In this document: one piece after another, positions 40,301-45,611 of the stretch
How the letters are laid out: each line of letters begins with the position of its first letter
Position numbering within the stretch: the first letter of the stretch is position 1
Virus record (IMG/VR): IMGVR_UViG_3300044695_005296
Location: 1 to 58,493 of that record
DNA: 58,493 bases
Strand: one strand, 5' to 3'
Source of the DNA: a virus
Lineage: Duplodnaviria; Caudoviricetes
The notes under the pieces: model-generated
What the model saw: the letters and a program-made list of their open reading frames with translations, nothing else
The model's database searches: none
Told to the model about the DNA's origin: nothing
Program-made: the position numbers and the translations under genes

Positions 40301-41646
40301 ACTGCACCCTTTTTGCGCAACGTAGAAATAAAGTTTTGTAGCGCTCGGCGGTCTGATGCAGAAGATGGATAAAACACTGGGGCGCCAGATGGGGAAACAA
40401 GTTTTTTATGATTTTTCCCTTTTTCAATTCTCCAGCCTTGCCCGAGAACCTGACCAACTATTCGGTCAATATCCTTGTTGCCGCCACTACCGCCCCTGCC
40501 GGATTTCTTGGAAAACTCCATGAGGCCGCGACCCGGAACGTGGACCGACATTGGCTTTCCCGGTGAAGTTCTTGGGAAGAACGTGCTGCTGCGACGTCTG
40601 GCTCTTCTTGCTGTCTCAATCATTCTTTGCAAATAAGCAGGCATGCGTCGCACGTCTTCTCTCATGCGACCTTGTGGGGCTCGAAGAGCTGATTGAAGAA
40701 GGCTTAGATTTTCTTGCTCTATTGCCGCCTCAAAAAGAGCAAGATCTCCTTGCTGCACATCGTAGCGACCCGAGCGCCTCTTTGGCTTTGGCGGACCAAA
40801 GCGATTGCCACGCCAGGCAAAATTTCTAAGGTCTAACGGCTCAGATGGATATGAGACGTCGCCAGTTTCTGATGCAACAAGCCTTGAAATGAAACGACCA
40901 AGATCACGCGAAGAAAGACGGGAAAGAAGCTGTGATCTTGCCTCTCTTCTAATAAAGTCTGGGTCTGTGTCGTAAGATGGGCCGGTGTCGCCCGTGCGGC
41001 CCTCAATGGCAATGCCTGCCTTGCGCATACCAGAGCGCTTAGACAGCTCCAGGCCAAGCGCGGCCCTTGATATGCCCGCTATGCTGGGTATAGAGCGGGC
41101 AGCCGCCCCGGAATCGTCTAGTGAGGAGCGGGCGCCGCGCGTTCCTGCGGCTCCCGTACCTGCCCCACCTCGACCGAAGGAACCGCTACCAGAGCGACCA
41201 GCATTTCTAAATGCCATCGCTCCGGTGCGGTTTTGCGACATGGCAGCACGCGCCATCGCGTCTGCGGTTCGCATTGCCTGGCGCTCTTGTGCCGCCAAGG
41301 CATTGGTAACTCGCTGGATGCCAGAAACGGCGTTATTGGGCTGTGCCCCAATATTAAATACTCGGCTTAGGCTTGCAGCAGAGGCGTTTGCCTGCGTCTG
41401 CAGCTTTCTAAGTGCGGGTATCGCGTCCGCGTCAACAGCGTTTCTGAATTGCTTAAGGGAGAGAGAGGCTTGGCGCAAACCTCGGAAAGACGAGCCGACC
41501 TTGCTTCCCGCTACCTCAAACTGATTAAGACCCTGTGTAAGCAGTCGGATATCTGCAAGGATGGCCTGTGTTCCAGCCTTGAATTGGCTGGTATCAAGAC
41601 CAATGGATATCTGTCCAGTACTGGACTGATCTGCCGAATCTGCCAC
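25366..41646 (-). CDS. Giant tape measure protein with multiple enzymatic cargo domains
   Basis: Follows the chaperone pair; FANITPF...GDAVAALGG...ALGQM..AGRV...MMQLANAGI tape-measure domain at about 32000-32750; VGERGPE C-terminal motifs. Confidence 0.9.
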   Translation of the reverse strand: MADSADQSSTGQISIGLDTSQFKAGTQAILADIRLLTQGLNQFEVAGSKVGSSFRGLRQASLSLKQFRNAVDADAIPALRKLQTQANASAASLSRVFNIGAQPNNAVSGIQRVTNALAAQERQAMRTADAMARAAMSQNRTGAMAFRNAGRSGSGSFGRGGAGTGAAGTRGARSSLDDSGAAARSIPSIAGISRAALGLELSKRSGMRKAGIAIEGRTGDTGPSYDTDPDFIRREARSQLLSRLSSRDLGRFISRLVASETGDVSYPSEPLDLRNFAWRGNRFGPPKPKRRSGRYDVQQGDLALFEAAIEQENLSLLQSALRAPQGRMREDVRRMPAYLQRMIETARRARRRSSTFFPRTSPGKPMSVHVPGRGLMEFSKKSGRGGSGGNKDIDRIVGQVLGQGWRIEKGKNHKKLVSPSGAPVFYPSSASDRRALQNFISTLRKKGAVVDGRGYGGKEGKGGPREMSRRSGSRSVAETAFGFVPDRRILEAIRRGDMSFGQEIGAQRLNTKRLSTTVSMGTGRDRVRGTAIAMIPENDRGLKGQRDGREVGRNLGQGDRKTRRKKLSPYSPMAEKVYEVLGGMLGAPTPAVVRRRLTPLEQQLATGGRLPQVGSSARTNIGATRRIASGKFQHTEVRQHRPLSRNAWMIPWLENFETMGKSLPGNPVFNNEIETQATRHLGSTRDMRRIMLLDQILGQSDRHGSNIMVGKGRSGRKRIVGIDNEHLFSMRGLDRPISDLDRQLNNTPQFSSFSARYKPREIPQSLSALLPWNKGGGTLSRVKLNKQEQDASAREAKTLRGILGGKRSMKIVEESFLSAGYSYRDTKKYMETLRTRLEAAAITREAEASSGSTDAGQYYQMLQMSRRSGAQRKLAARTRATGRGVMLPQDLPSGDFAELPRPIRLLGEMLQRKQRDQKARPVTFEDETRTSLVTGKEFIPGRASRGSRPIIPQNLAGRSPEQIFAEALVASHNAGMRVREIAPDPERLINAQLQAMGVSVQNDGNVRRITSRADQMAAARAYQLFRRQRSGMGSIATLAPGSVLTSSALMDATDTDRRARADMVGSALDEMSGFDAFREVSAGTPGARRDRRAGQSGNRRIGLTGGFIATAPNRFYVPGMEDAAGLRNLVVGAMTHRMPGTGEQGKLAGLSGLGVPGVGTSLMAYELRRHARATMEARRRYPGALEAKYGVSPEDLPRLNMRPGSPGGLSLKASERGMGLYEALGFEFTDLGARSSFMHMGGDKVVDMYGKIRAEIKRVEARLAEQGIAYSPMEFARRSGKTSYPMQEKLVRRMGPGDPNYLGQTAFRLSEENLLGSFTRGTRFYPQNETYVAGPRKGQPIPRPSGHRGIPYYQVVTPSGLRIDNVPADAHRGRLQEIIAAVESFHKKYPEQMQELAGPRSTGIRMSYEKLHGGATGTASVGSGPINLMDYLLTPDSAHDKNAYFDYYKSKNPRFASKDGLAGRAQSIHGIFAHELGHVMAVDKYQEAMKQKGISFYGYQPYDEFVYGDRRDGMGRGARGYHYDYKKGMAQMAALANVEETTGGRLKPEDFYLPGEIDGKSNRQGGAYSGFFHPGSKKQKTMYGSNKTGFMVEDVTEQLQMRKIGEMMLMGKQGPLASVLPKQYKNINEAMQELWKIGGYGSIRGQMHVGTEWMAQMFAKWSSRAWGAPDAALGGHPDVDAKNKLGYRVARILARNNQWAEYSKRSGGIGGMLGGLFGRGRPNIMQQITGGQTYGMTLQDLLGGDITGMGSHGIGHWSGGAGKQILALKTLTGEVRNVLAQPMEGKFPNKAMEILAGLLGVDTPTILERSIGGRRMAIQPMAPGETAIDFVNKRNAPPSKMVDVWEDDEIIGRFSQPLGPRSDDPALRDKPWLASRGGRRMQILDHLGQTFDRHGLNYLLNLADPKGGVGSPGNYRVTAIDHDLTLSPPGTGRIGQQPYRPASDVPIGIPGKFRDTQTKLAREEAATLAGIMTRRKVIEPQLLEALRAGGYSEQEALATVDAIFRRAREAFRSRMAESRGAARPDGRELSRRSGGGSMNGLTNPFAEYSKRSGGAATGTPYTALQTAFEQVTLTAIKNLKVSLAGQKMNPSLFRQSIESFQKTILEAATGQGEFAGGSMQKALRGIAPKARKSIMGMFSGILKDIEDTGTAAFKSGDLKGIPLRKVLFSMLGQVPSTYAPDIAQIAANPALQKKKPSGPGAVRLPSISTVQYGDGPSNLTRLGGAPIPPGLRLAGSATLASHLTQFGNDPKAVGGLANILADFAQKFAPPGVPGGIDLQFGNPIATQGAWASYSPVSKGGTGTVDMDLGGRRQDPVNVTLGGALTTLAHEFTHAKVDNARLETADRVKGVTDPAERARIEREVYKKIGVPVPSQYRVFSGISGEDMFVPKGSKVGGKTIPLGDANNLEGFSYFDLPKGAIAASKYKALSPKEKAGYEPAYVDQKTAADIDPNAQGMHINVPGHFGPQVRMLEASRGAGLSQYAELLAQSTQILQPGETEASLALSTRQMNAGARKAGSPGGITDIGSILPGIAGGANPYQGGLLRAFDLSQHFGTALKPVAEFAARLRRNMSGQLTGAAAAGGVNPKDLGAMFARALEGALKATPASERSKVFESIRPERILDAAVVLDTLGRAKNIPALTAMLTDKLGVAASPTVPHGIVGSDADDPEQLATLVEAAGGAKRKGGKKKPAGPAAPPSTGPGFVPEPAGRVAAVSAAGQNLLSTISELLLTGVVGGGKENQIYRGQVRRMAGLPDRPLAGTELARTSLASSAIAGLAEQFPELLPFVREYRPDHPLLGAQPGTRVPATKRGRRGGPVGPVVSGSTAVQPYFDPLSTDLAESISKAIFDSNYRELIGGDAGATSMPFAFGGQGFSDLDNVMQGMNTFPGLSKIGDMASGMKNAFMATRPMVGIMQDFDDAVMRASEGSLDFSQALDAATSSGSGLISTFKDTAKLAVAFVLTQNAANAIYRSISHLSSGFIQFNQALEDAKVGFSTLFYNAGDSMGVAEGRATGMIDRLKEFANITPFYFTQLQEAAVRMQAFGFNIGDVIQRDESGQLVGYIKDIGDAVAALGGGDERIMRITYALGQMRSAGRVYQNDMMQLANAGIAGYEILSEALIQEIEATGDKMTNEQRRILNDLYANPIEAIRRLTTAGRISGKAASGAIIEGLGEKYGGGMERLSKTMTGAMSTISDMSQSLVAVMTGPLYNAIRDLLVRFSELLQQKGTYGIFVKIGQSLQGFANTLREAIPASMKVIANSMLYFGNLFAKVFGGSETGSAIDFLRSGIATIGDLLSNNLVRAAVVASLAIKALMTAVSTNPLVATITLAIAALGALRNAYETNFLGFADTVDQAAAPLMEIGPDIAEALIPAIKALGAAAAQIIGGGLVIALKAALPLISSIAAGLGAMAGVLEKLAPLIGSLMGAFVVKKAAIEGMAILTNGVSGLLAGLQQNMQVAAVEMSSYGRTGASRYGILGPTKEVMVPVIDPATGMPLSNPETGEPMMEPKTVSAMEPRGIGISQTTGFKPGDFAGQGAAPSYFKEHATGIYAGAPIPYTGYEITGEVRPDGMAVQKPVTRYRALGEAASAEELALAQRTHAKTVQLLKAGLLSGSIADPQITKSGRSILLDKYESDEKLLALESGLNIDEYRKMRDERRAEQHRENNARKEQGLNPLPIDEEYMTPAQRVAAQGVEGLQGLAGSPTGLAYEINKARALQDIINRRPERDRNLPVTAKEKIEAAVVAAASTIDDIQLMGGGTEAFAEMTGMASKAAMTLGGLGMAVQAITSAFGMQIDGLAQASQGLIGFAAVLQTASQVALAIAPMGGVSGILGKVGGFFGKGGGMMGLGTLLGGLVLANEAVNSANKAAVMSYEESRANDRKQMQDVAKTWKDSGLAVKEIKKDPLTGQASYSTKQVIDDQIETIKKSASEMDELVASGMYTANNLEGETGVSIYTPTKAGKTAGYLKATVEKEVAAYQSGALSREAMRPFDSQMVAFNQATNTNAAARIGSEMADKLYALVSMGIMSRDDGTSLITELAAGAGMSSGAVTGEKGMYYAGGYRLPTSTLPAAIIDPAAYLAENFGQAQIDEMIFSKFGLGGKGMAFTGEFNKEGTPDEALFSTSDSLKLLNESLDDAQKNLDKLSKALAKIFDPFATAFDQFLSRAMELLNKTFAEETAQLKAEQEDAIYNVDALHNGEIMRLGVLEEQYTAMKEQRAEQEKLNALNDAQENAARATLGLFDAQKDPIEAAIAAREAAKKLQEEEADYQLSSMETSIEQAKNSVQYQQVSTYYQEKEQTLGADQQERARRLQERAQKLLKDIQEGKIKAADAQEEFYAMFGDAGLPIESILATGQFQGEALADIMGTAFATRFQELGDIISTTMADVVRAAMAAAAAEANVDAIVAQQERVEKGLDKISKKKVLAERDRLKGVVTRAQAGLTGFAIENKGTQAAKEAAGVIDNLGDFAVKLQNMPFDGYDEFIQRSQFNEIFDGLYAQFDAIYKKFGDLPTIARTGGEGFAPSTGSGTVTKPPKPTYKPPYATNGDWVWSGTAWNWQPMAAGGPVGAGQYIVGERGPEMLTMFQNGGGYVTPNHQLPSSMQSSSGALKAGKQGRYYGGLVGVTGRAGGGYVGPVGKDDPFWSPTDSFQRSLGFVGDPMGFQQNSFNEFMANPNNTKAQKNEMMRRYPKNYARYVASKIRGGGRMGWSPVMGRAAGGYVGRGRGPIPMDDPITPEPPIPPEPPTWDCPPGYIKVWSEGGYYCEKVTTVIDPPEPPIIDPDTATIPFNWKLYPMLLDSLGDIAANVEFPYTVDPKTGKSRPIPGARTQIFAPFGPGEGGETRLLDEVPGGQFGDEVTQAAGGPVRMQLKPGPNHGGEVGAVVRGGTGWKYKYGWFAQLAKLPFIKGTPFADLLLQPGRLLPHLQPNELGIVKTVGDPNVSPQSRGAKFYPEGVGGKGRGILEDFFKHSNLLRKAERKMYPFWKKGSIGLSSFGWATDLYEAQEKDGNWWEKRLEQIRIEEMSEAYWVNKKREFERNGTLESELARATLNENLQLGSGPLNFTESITGIFDSFDPNKKYDTLKDYTIAEGLASGDFNPGPPIVLSEATKEELDKLKEPLGRSIARVGFGALAETITAVKLAAVAPETLGGSLLASLALTTGAYHVGNKTGGMLWDLPGGIADVVGKVAPFIGYLGQMGWESIFGKGDPGGTSYEDLVKQNKQDYGIPFNLGRAFFDTELLTAAEKEQAQDKMLAAQRMIIPPFMWRPENIGKFRSSEELFSLMGMEPRWVKNYTEMLPGFTGFREWSKVMPKNWNPVKGGTGSTMVGGKSTEPVARAFGGPIKQYTPYLVGERGPELMIPDSSGYMLPNTGLQALQAPGDLRMAGGGATINASVTINNPVVSDAADIDKLAEKVSSAQVRTLRAAGFMRPS

Positions 41647-41665
41647 GGGTTTTCCTCACAAGAGA

Positions 41666-41947
41666 CTAGGACGAGCCGAATCCCGGCTTACCGAATGTTG
41701 CCACTAACTGCTCAATGGAGTCAATGCTTGCTGTTCCTGCGCCCTTTTTATTTCCTTGGCTCTTGGAACGCTTCTTCATATCATCATCGCGCTTCTCAGC
41801 GTACTGAGAAAAGGCATTGAGCTGGGCAAGAGTTAAGTTGAAAAAATCACTGGGGGTAAAGCCAAAGCTGTCCGCGTAGGAAGCCATGATGCTCCCCCAG
41901 TCGATTTCGCTCCAACCTAAGCCTTTGCCGCCTCCTCGCTTTTTCCC
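41666..41947 (-). CDS. Tail assembly chaperone, -1 frameshift extension (gpGT-like)
   Basis: The -1 frame is open from the slippery site (KRGGGKGLGWSEIDWGSIMASY...FGFTPSDFFNLT) to the stop at 41666. Confidence 0.85.
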   Translation of the reverse strand, partial: GKKRGGGKGLGWSEIDWGSIMASYADSFGFTPSDFFNLTLAQLNAFSQYAEKRDDDMKKRSKSQGNKKGAGTASIDSIEQLVATFGKPGFGSS

Positions 41948-42216
41948 GCAGCGCCCTCAACCTCACCGCCAAGAAGACCGCTTGCGCGCATGACCTTATC
42001 GATCTCTTCTCGCATGGTGTCAAGGCTAAAGCGGTCGCCCACTTCGCGCTCGGTAAGCTGCGGCTCGTCCTTCTTCAGAACTAGCCAAAGGATATAGCGA
42101 ATAACGGTAAACTTGGTCAGGTCGATCTGATCAAGCGATCCGTATTTCTCCTCGATATCGGCGAGGTCGTTAAGGGTTAGAACCTTTGTGGGTCTAACCT
42201 GGGACAGGTTTGCCAT
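41917..42216 (-). CDS. Tail assembly chaperone (gpG-like)
   Basis: Between the major tail gene and the TMP; AGGAG RBS. Confidence 0.85.
   Translation of the reverse strand: MANLSQVRPTKVLTLNDLADIEEKYGSLDQIDLTKFTVIRYILWLVLKKDEPQLTEREVGDRFSLDTMREEIDKVMRASGLLGGEVEGAAGKSEEAAKA
41941..41947 (-). other. Programmed -1 ribosomal frameshift site G GGA AAA
   Basis: X XXY YYZ heptamer in the correct phase near the end of the chaperone ORF. Confidence 0.85.
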
Positions 42217-42371
42217 GATTTACTCCTGCTACTACTCTGCATGCGTTCCGTCAACGTAACGGCACTGCTGCAAACAAATGATACACCAAGATGGTGCGAA
42301 TCTACGGGGAGCGTAGACGGTGTGTGGCCCCGGTTGGGGGTAATTGGGTGCGACTCTTGTAGCGGTCGCTT

Positions 42372-42401
42372 GGGGCCGCCAGGATTACTCCTAGCGGCCC
42401 C
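42372..42401 (-). terminator. Strong GNRA-capped hairpin after the major tail gene (terminator or processing site)
   Basis: GGGGCCGCTAGGA-GTAA-TCCTGGCGGCCCC; no U tract. Confidence 0.55.
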
Positions 42402-42428
42402 TTGCTGTCTAGTCGTTAAGAACCTAAA

Positions 42429-43181
42429 TTAGGCCTGAACGAACACAATTGACGGGGTAACCGTGCCCGAAACCTTGCAGCTTCGATCAACGGTTCCCGA
42501 GAAGTCCAAGTCCATCGTCGCGATATCTTCGCGGGTGAACGGGAACATCAACTGCATGCTGTACGCCTTTGGAAGATGGATGCGGACCGTCTGGGACGGG
42601 TCATCCGAACGTCGGTGCGTAAAGCGAACGTAGATAGGACGTGGCAGACCCATCGGGGCTGACTGTCCACCCTGCCCAGCGACGCGCGTGTTACCGACGA
42701 AGCCGGTGCCAGCGCCTGGAAGCTGACCGCTGAGCTTTGGCTCAGTGGCATCATTCGTTACGCCGGCGCCAGTTGACGGGCGGAACAAATAGTCTCCTGG
42801 GGTTGCGTCATGGGTGTCAATGGCATAGCCATAAACAAGGGCGGTGGTCGTTGTGCCTTCGCCAAGGTCGTTGTGGAAGAGGTTCTTCAGGTTATCCCAG
42901 TTGACCTCAACGCCACGTGCACGAACTTCGCAGCGGCCGCCGAAGAAGGCCTTTGCTACTGGGAAGTTCTGCTGACCGTAGAACTCGCGCTCCTGGAAGT
43001 TGATGTCGAACTCGACGTCGCCGCCGACTTCGCCGATGGTTACAAGCTCGGTGCCATAAGCGCCCGTGTTGCCATAACCTACCGTGCCATCAAAATAGGG
43101 AACTGTGCGGCTTCCCGAGCCGGCTTCCGCGCCAGGCTTCCAGAAAGCAATATCAATAGTACCGGAACCAAGTGTAAGCAT
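42429..43181 (-). CDS. Major tail (tube) protein
   Basis: Position; LGSG...IGEVGG...F; beta-rich 250 aa. Confidence 0.8.
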   Translation of the reverse strand: MLTLGSGTIDIAFWKPGAEAGSGSRTVPYFDGTVGYGNTGAYGTELVTIGEVGGDVEFDINFQEREFYGQQNFPVAKAFFGGRCEVRARGVEVNWDNLKNLFHNDLGEGTTTTALVYGYAIDTHDATPGDYLFRPSTGAGVTNDATEPKLSGQLPGAGTGFVGNTRVAGQGGQSAPMGLPRPIYVRFTHRRSDDPSQTVRIHLPKAYSMQLMFPFTREDIATMDLDFSGTVDRSCKVSGTVTPSIVFVQA

Positions 43182-43193
43182 TTTTTGCTCCCC

Positions 43194-43592
43194 TTAAGTT
43201 TTTATGACTTGATATCGGATTACTCGCCGATATTCTAAACTGTTTGGGTCATATCCGTCACGTTGTGCGATTTTACGCGCTACGTGCAAGACTGCCCCGT
43301 TTGGTCCAGACAGACGCTCGCGGTTAAGTACCGCATCTATGGCACTACCAATATTATTCAGCTCTGTTGCGCTGGCGTTGCTTGCAATAAGCACGTCAAC
43401 AACAGGTCTGTCAATAGGCAGCCCCAAGTCGCTACTACCCGCTACTACTGCGATTCGCACCGCAGGAAGCGTGCTCCGTCCCGTGTTTGTGATCGGATAT
43501 ACCTTCTTGTCTGTCGCCGAGCCGCCCAGCAAGGTTTGCAGGGACGAGTCCCCGCTCAGCGCCGTAAAGAAAGCTTCATATATACCGTCCAC
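43194..43592 (-). CDS. Tail terminator protein (DUF3168-like)
   Basis: ALSGDSSLQTLLG...KVYP...LPAV; precedes the major tail gene. Confidence 0.75.
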   Translation of the reverse strand: MDGIYEAFFTALSGDSSLQTLLGGSATDKKVYPITNTGRSTLPAVRIAVVAGSSDLGLPIDRPVVDVLIASNASATELNNIGSAIDAVLNRERLSGPNGAVLHVARKIAQRDGYDPNSLEYRRVIRYQVIKT

Positions 43593-43598
43593 GTGTGT

Positions 43599-43607
43599 AG
43601 ATTACCA
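43599..43607 (-). promoter_or_regulatory. Extended -10 promoter, leaderless (TGG-TAATCT-N6-GTG)
   Basis: Hexamer is 6 nt from GTG 43592; no SD. Confidence 0.55.
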
Positions 43608-43719
43608 ACTATTCAGTAAGTTTCCAGCCCACAGACATCTACACGCAAAAAAATGCGCGCAGGTTGCGTAGCAGGTATACTATGGGCGCGGCGACTATGC
43701 CGAAAATATTGGAGGTTTT

Positions 43720-45003
43720 GTGGAAAAAGGTCATGACCGATTAGTGCTCTCATGGACCCCCCAAGAGAAGGCGGATGCCGTGAGCATGGAGTGGGAAGAT
43801 TTCCACGCAAAGTATCCAACCCGAACACCCAACGCCTATCGCATTAAGCGCAACACCCTCCTAAACGGGAAGGCTTCGTTTATTGACAGGCGGGTTCACA
43901 ACGGCTCAGTGCGCAACGTGTTCCCCGGAACGCTTGCCGCTAAAGTTGCAAGCGAGGGTCGAATTGACCGCAACGCTGTTGCCAAGGTTGTAGAAGATGA
44001 GCTGTCATCAGAAGCGGTGCGAAGCGAGATTGAGCAGTTGAAGCAGGCCCATCGCGCGGCCCTTCGCAAGTTGTCCCAAAAGGACGACGACCGAGCGGAG
44101 CTGGTTCGCGCTGTTTACCAGGCCGCAAGCGACGCTGCTGCTGCCATTACGCTCCCTACTGTTAAGGCTCCAGCCAAGGACAAGCGTAAGGGCGCACCAG
44201 AGACCGCCATTTTGCTTCTCTCCGATTGGCAGCTTGGCAAGATTACCCCAACCTACAACAGCGACATTTGCGCAGAGCGGATTGAGCTGCTTGCGGCAAA
44301 GGTAGAGTCACTTGTTGCGATTCAGCGAGCAGACCACCCAGTAACGGATTTGCGGGTGTATCTGCTTGGCGATCTGGTTGAGGGAGAAGACATCTTCCCT
44401 GGCCAGGCGCACTTGATTGACGCATCCCTCTACAACCAGACTTTCCGTGGCGCGGAAATCCTTGCTGGGCTTGTTCGCCGATTGGCGGCAACCTTTGAGA
44501 ACATTCGCGTTGTTGGCGCAATTGGCAACCATGGGCGACTTGGCCGAAAGGGCACGTTCCACCCAGAGTCCAATGCCGACGCAATGATGTACAAGGTTGC
44601 CTCTATGTTGGTTAAGGACATCAAGCACGTTGATTGGGTAGAGACCATCTCCAAGGGCGAGCGGGCTTGGTTCGGCACCGACGAGGTGTACGGCAAGCGC
44701 TGGTTCCTATTCCATGGCGACCAGGTTGGTGGCGGCTTTGCTGGCTTCCCCTGGTACGGATTCGGGAAGAAGATCCAGGGCTGGAATATGACCGTTGCCC
44801 CGTTTGACTACAGCGTAGCTGGGCACTTCCACACACCAGTGCGGATGTACCTTAACGGCATCGTTCACTGGAACGGCGGCTCAACAGAGAGCAGCAACAC
44901 CTACGCCCAGGAGCAACTTGCTTCGGCTGGTGAGCCTTGCCAGTGGCTGTTGTTCCAGCACCCAGACGGCGTATCTGCGGAGTACCTGATTCGCCTTACC
45001 TAG
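43720..45003 (+). CDS. Calcineurin-like metallophosphoesterase with N-terminal coiled coil
   Basis: SDWQLG, LGDLVEG, GNHGR, FHGD, GHFH; GGAGG RBS; TATACT at 43676. Confidence 0.9.
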   Translation: MEKGHDRLVLSWTPQEKADAVSMEWEDFHAKYPTRTPNAYRIKRNTLLNGKASFIDRRVHNGSVRNVFPGTLAAKVASEGRIDRNAVAKVVEDELSSEAVRSEIEQLKQAHRAALRKLSQKDDDRAELVRAVYQAASDAAAAITLPTVKAPAKDKRKGAPETAILLLSDWQLGKITPTYNSDICAERIELLAAKVESLVAIQRADHPVTDLRVYLLGDLVEGEDIFPGQAHLIDASLYNQTFRGAEILAGLVRRLAATFENIRVVGAIGNHGRLGRKGTFHPESNADAMMYKVASMLVKDIKHVDWVETISKGERAWFGTDEVYGKRWFLFHGDQVGGGFAGFPWYGFGKKIQGWNMTVAPFDYSVAGHFHTPVRMYLNGIVHWNGGSTESSNTYAQEQLASAGEPCQWLLFQHPDGVSAEYLIRLT

Positions 45004-45611
45004 GCGGCGCTACCGTACTTTTTCAGGATGTACCTTCTCTGGCGGAAGATCTTTAACTGACGGGAGCGGGGCAGCGATGCAAGCTTTGCTGGTCCGTATC
45101 CGCGCCCAGTTCTTGTTCGAACAAAACTTTTGTCTAACGCTCTCTCAAAAAGTTGCACCAAAAATTCTTCTGCCGCGCTTCTTACCGCCCCGGTAACGGC
45201 CTGGTTGATCATGGGTCGGTACTTCTGAACGTTAAACTTTACAAACTGCCCGTAGTAATGCTCCCCGCCATCTTTTGATTCTTCAAATGGGTCGCTTCCG
45301 TACTCAACAGTAATGTCGTCACCATATGGGGTTAAATCAAAAACTGGGTTTGAGTACCTGGCGGCTTTGCGCTTGCTGGAAGTAAATGCTCCCCACTGTC
45401 CAGAAAGACCAGCCTGAAATGCGCCGGAGTCAACGGGGGCGGCCCCTGCGGCTTTGGGTGCAACCTCTGAGTACACCGCTTGGAACGCGGCGGCCTGAAC
45501 CGCCCGGGCAAACTGCGCCTCTGCCTCTTTTGGCACTCCGCCCAGATTCTTTGCAAGCGCGCTAAGGCCGCCAATTACACCTTTGACGCGCACCCTGACA
45601 GCCTTGCTCAT
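45000..45611 (-). CDS. Tail completion protein (HK97 gp10-like)
   Basis: APVDSG...Y..FV motif; position. Confidence 0.65.
   Translation of the reverse strand: MSKAVRVRVKGVIGGLSALAKNLGGVPKEAEAQFARAVQAAAFQAVYSEVAPKAAGAAPVDSGAFQAGLSGQWGAFTSSKRKAARYSNPVFDLTPYGDDITVEYGSDPFEESKDGGEHYYGQFVKFNVQKYRPMINQAVTGAVRSAAEEFLVQLFERALDKSFVRTRTGRGYGPAKLASLPRSRQLKIFRQRRYILKKYGSAA

Noticed and set aside
35488-41049. Linker motif as a DNA-level recombination site (integron or shufflon-like)
   Set aside because: Copies differ at synonymous positions and no site-specific recombinase is present; short homology could still aid cargo exchange
14116-41646. Many 60-330 aa ORFs overlapping the giant tail genes
   Set aside because: Antisense or off-frame shadows with no motifs or RBS
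25366-41646. Inteins or stop-codon recoding as the cause of TMP size
   Set aside because: No Hint splice-junction or LAGLIDADG motifs seen; all three stop codons end genes normally and the ORF is open in the standard code
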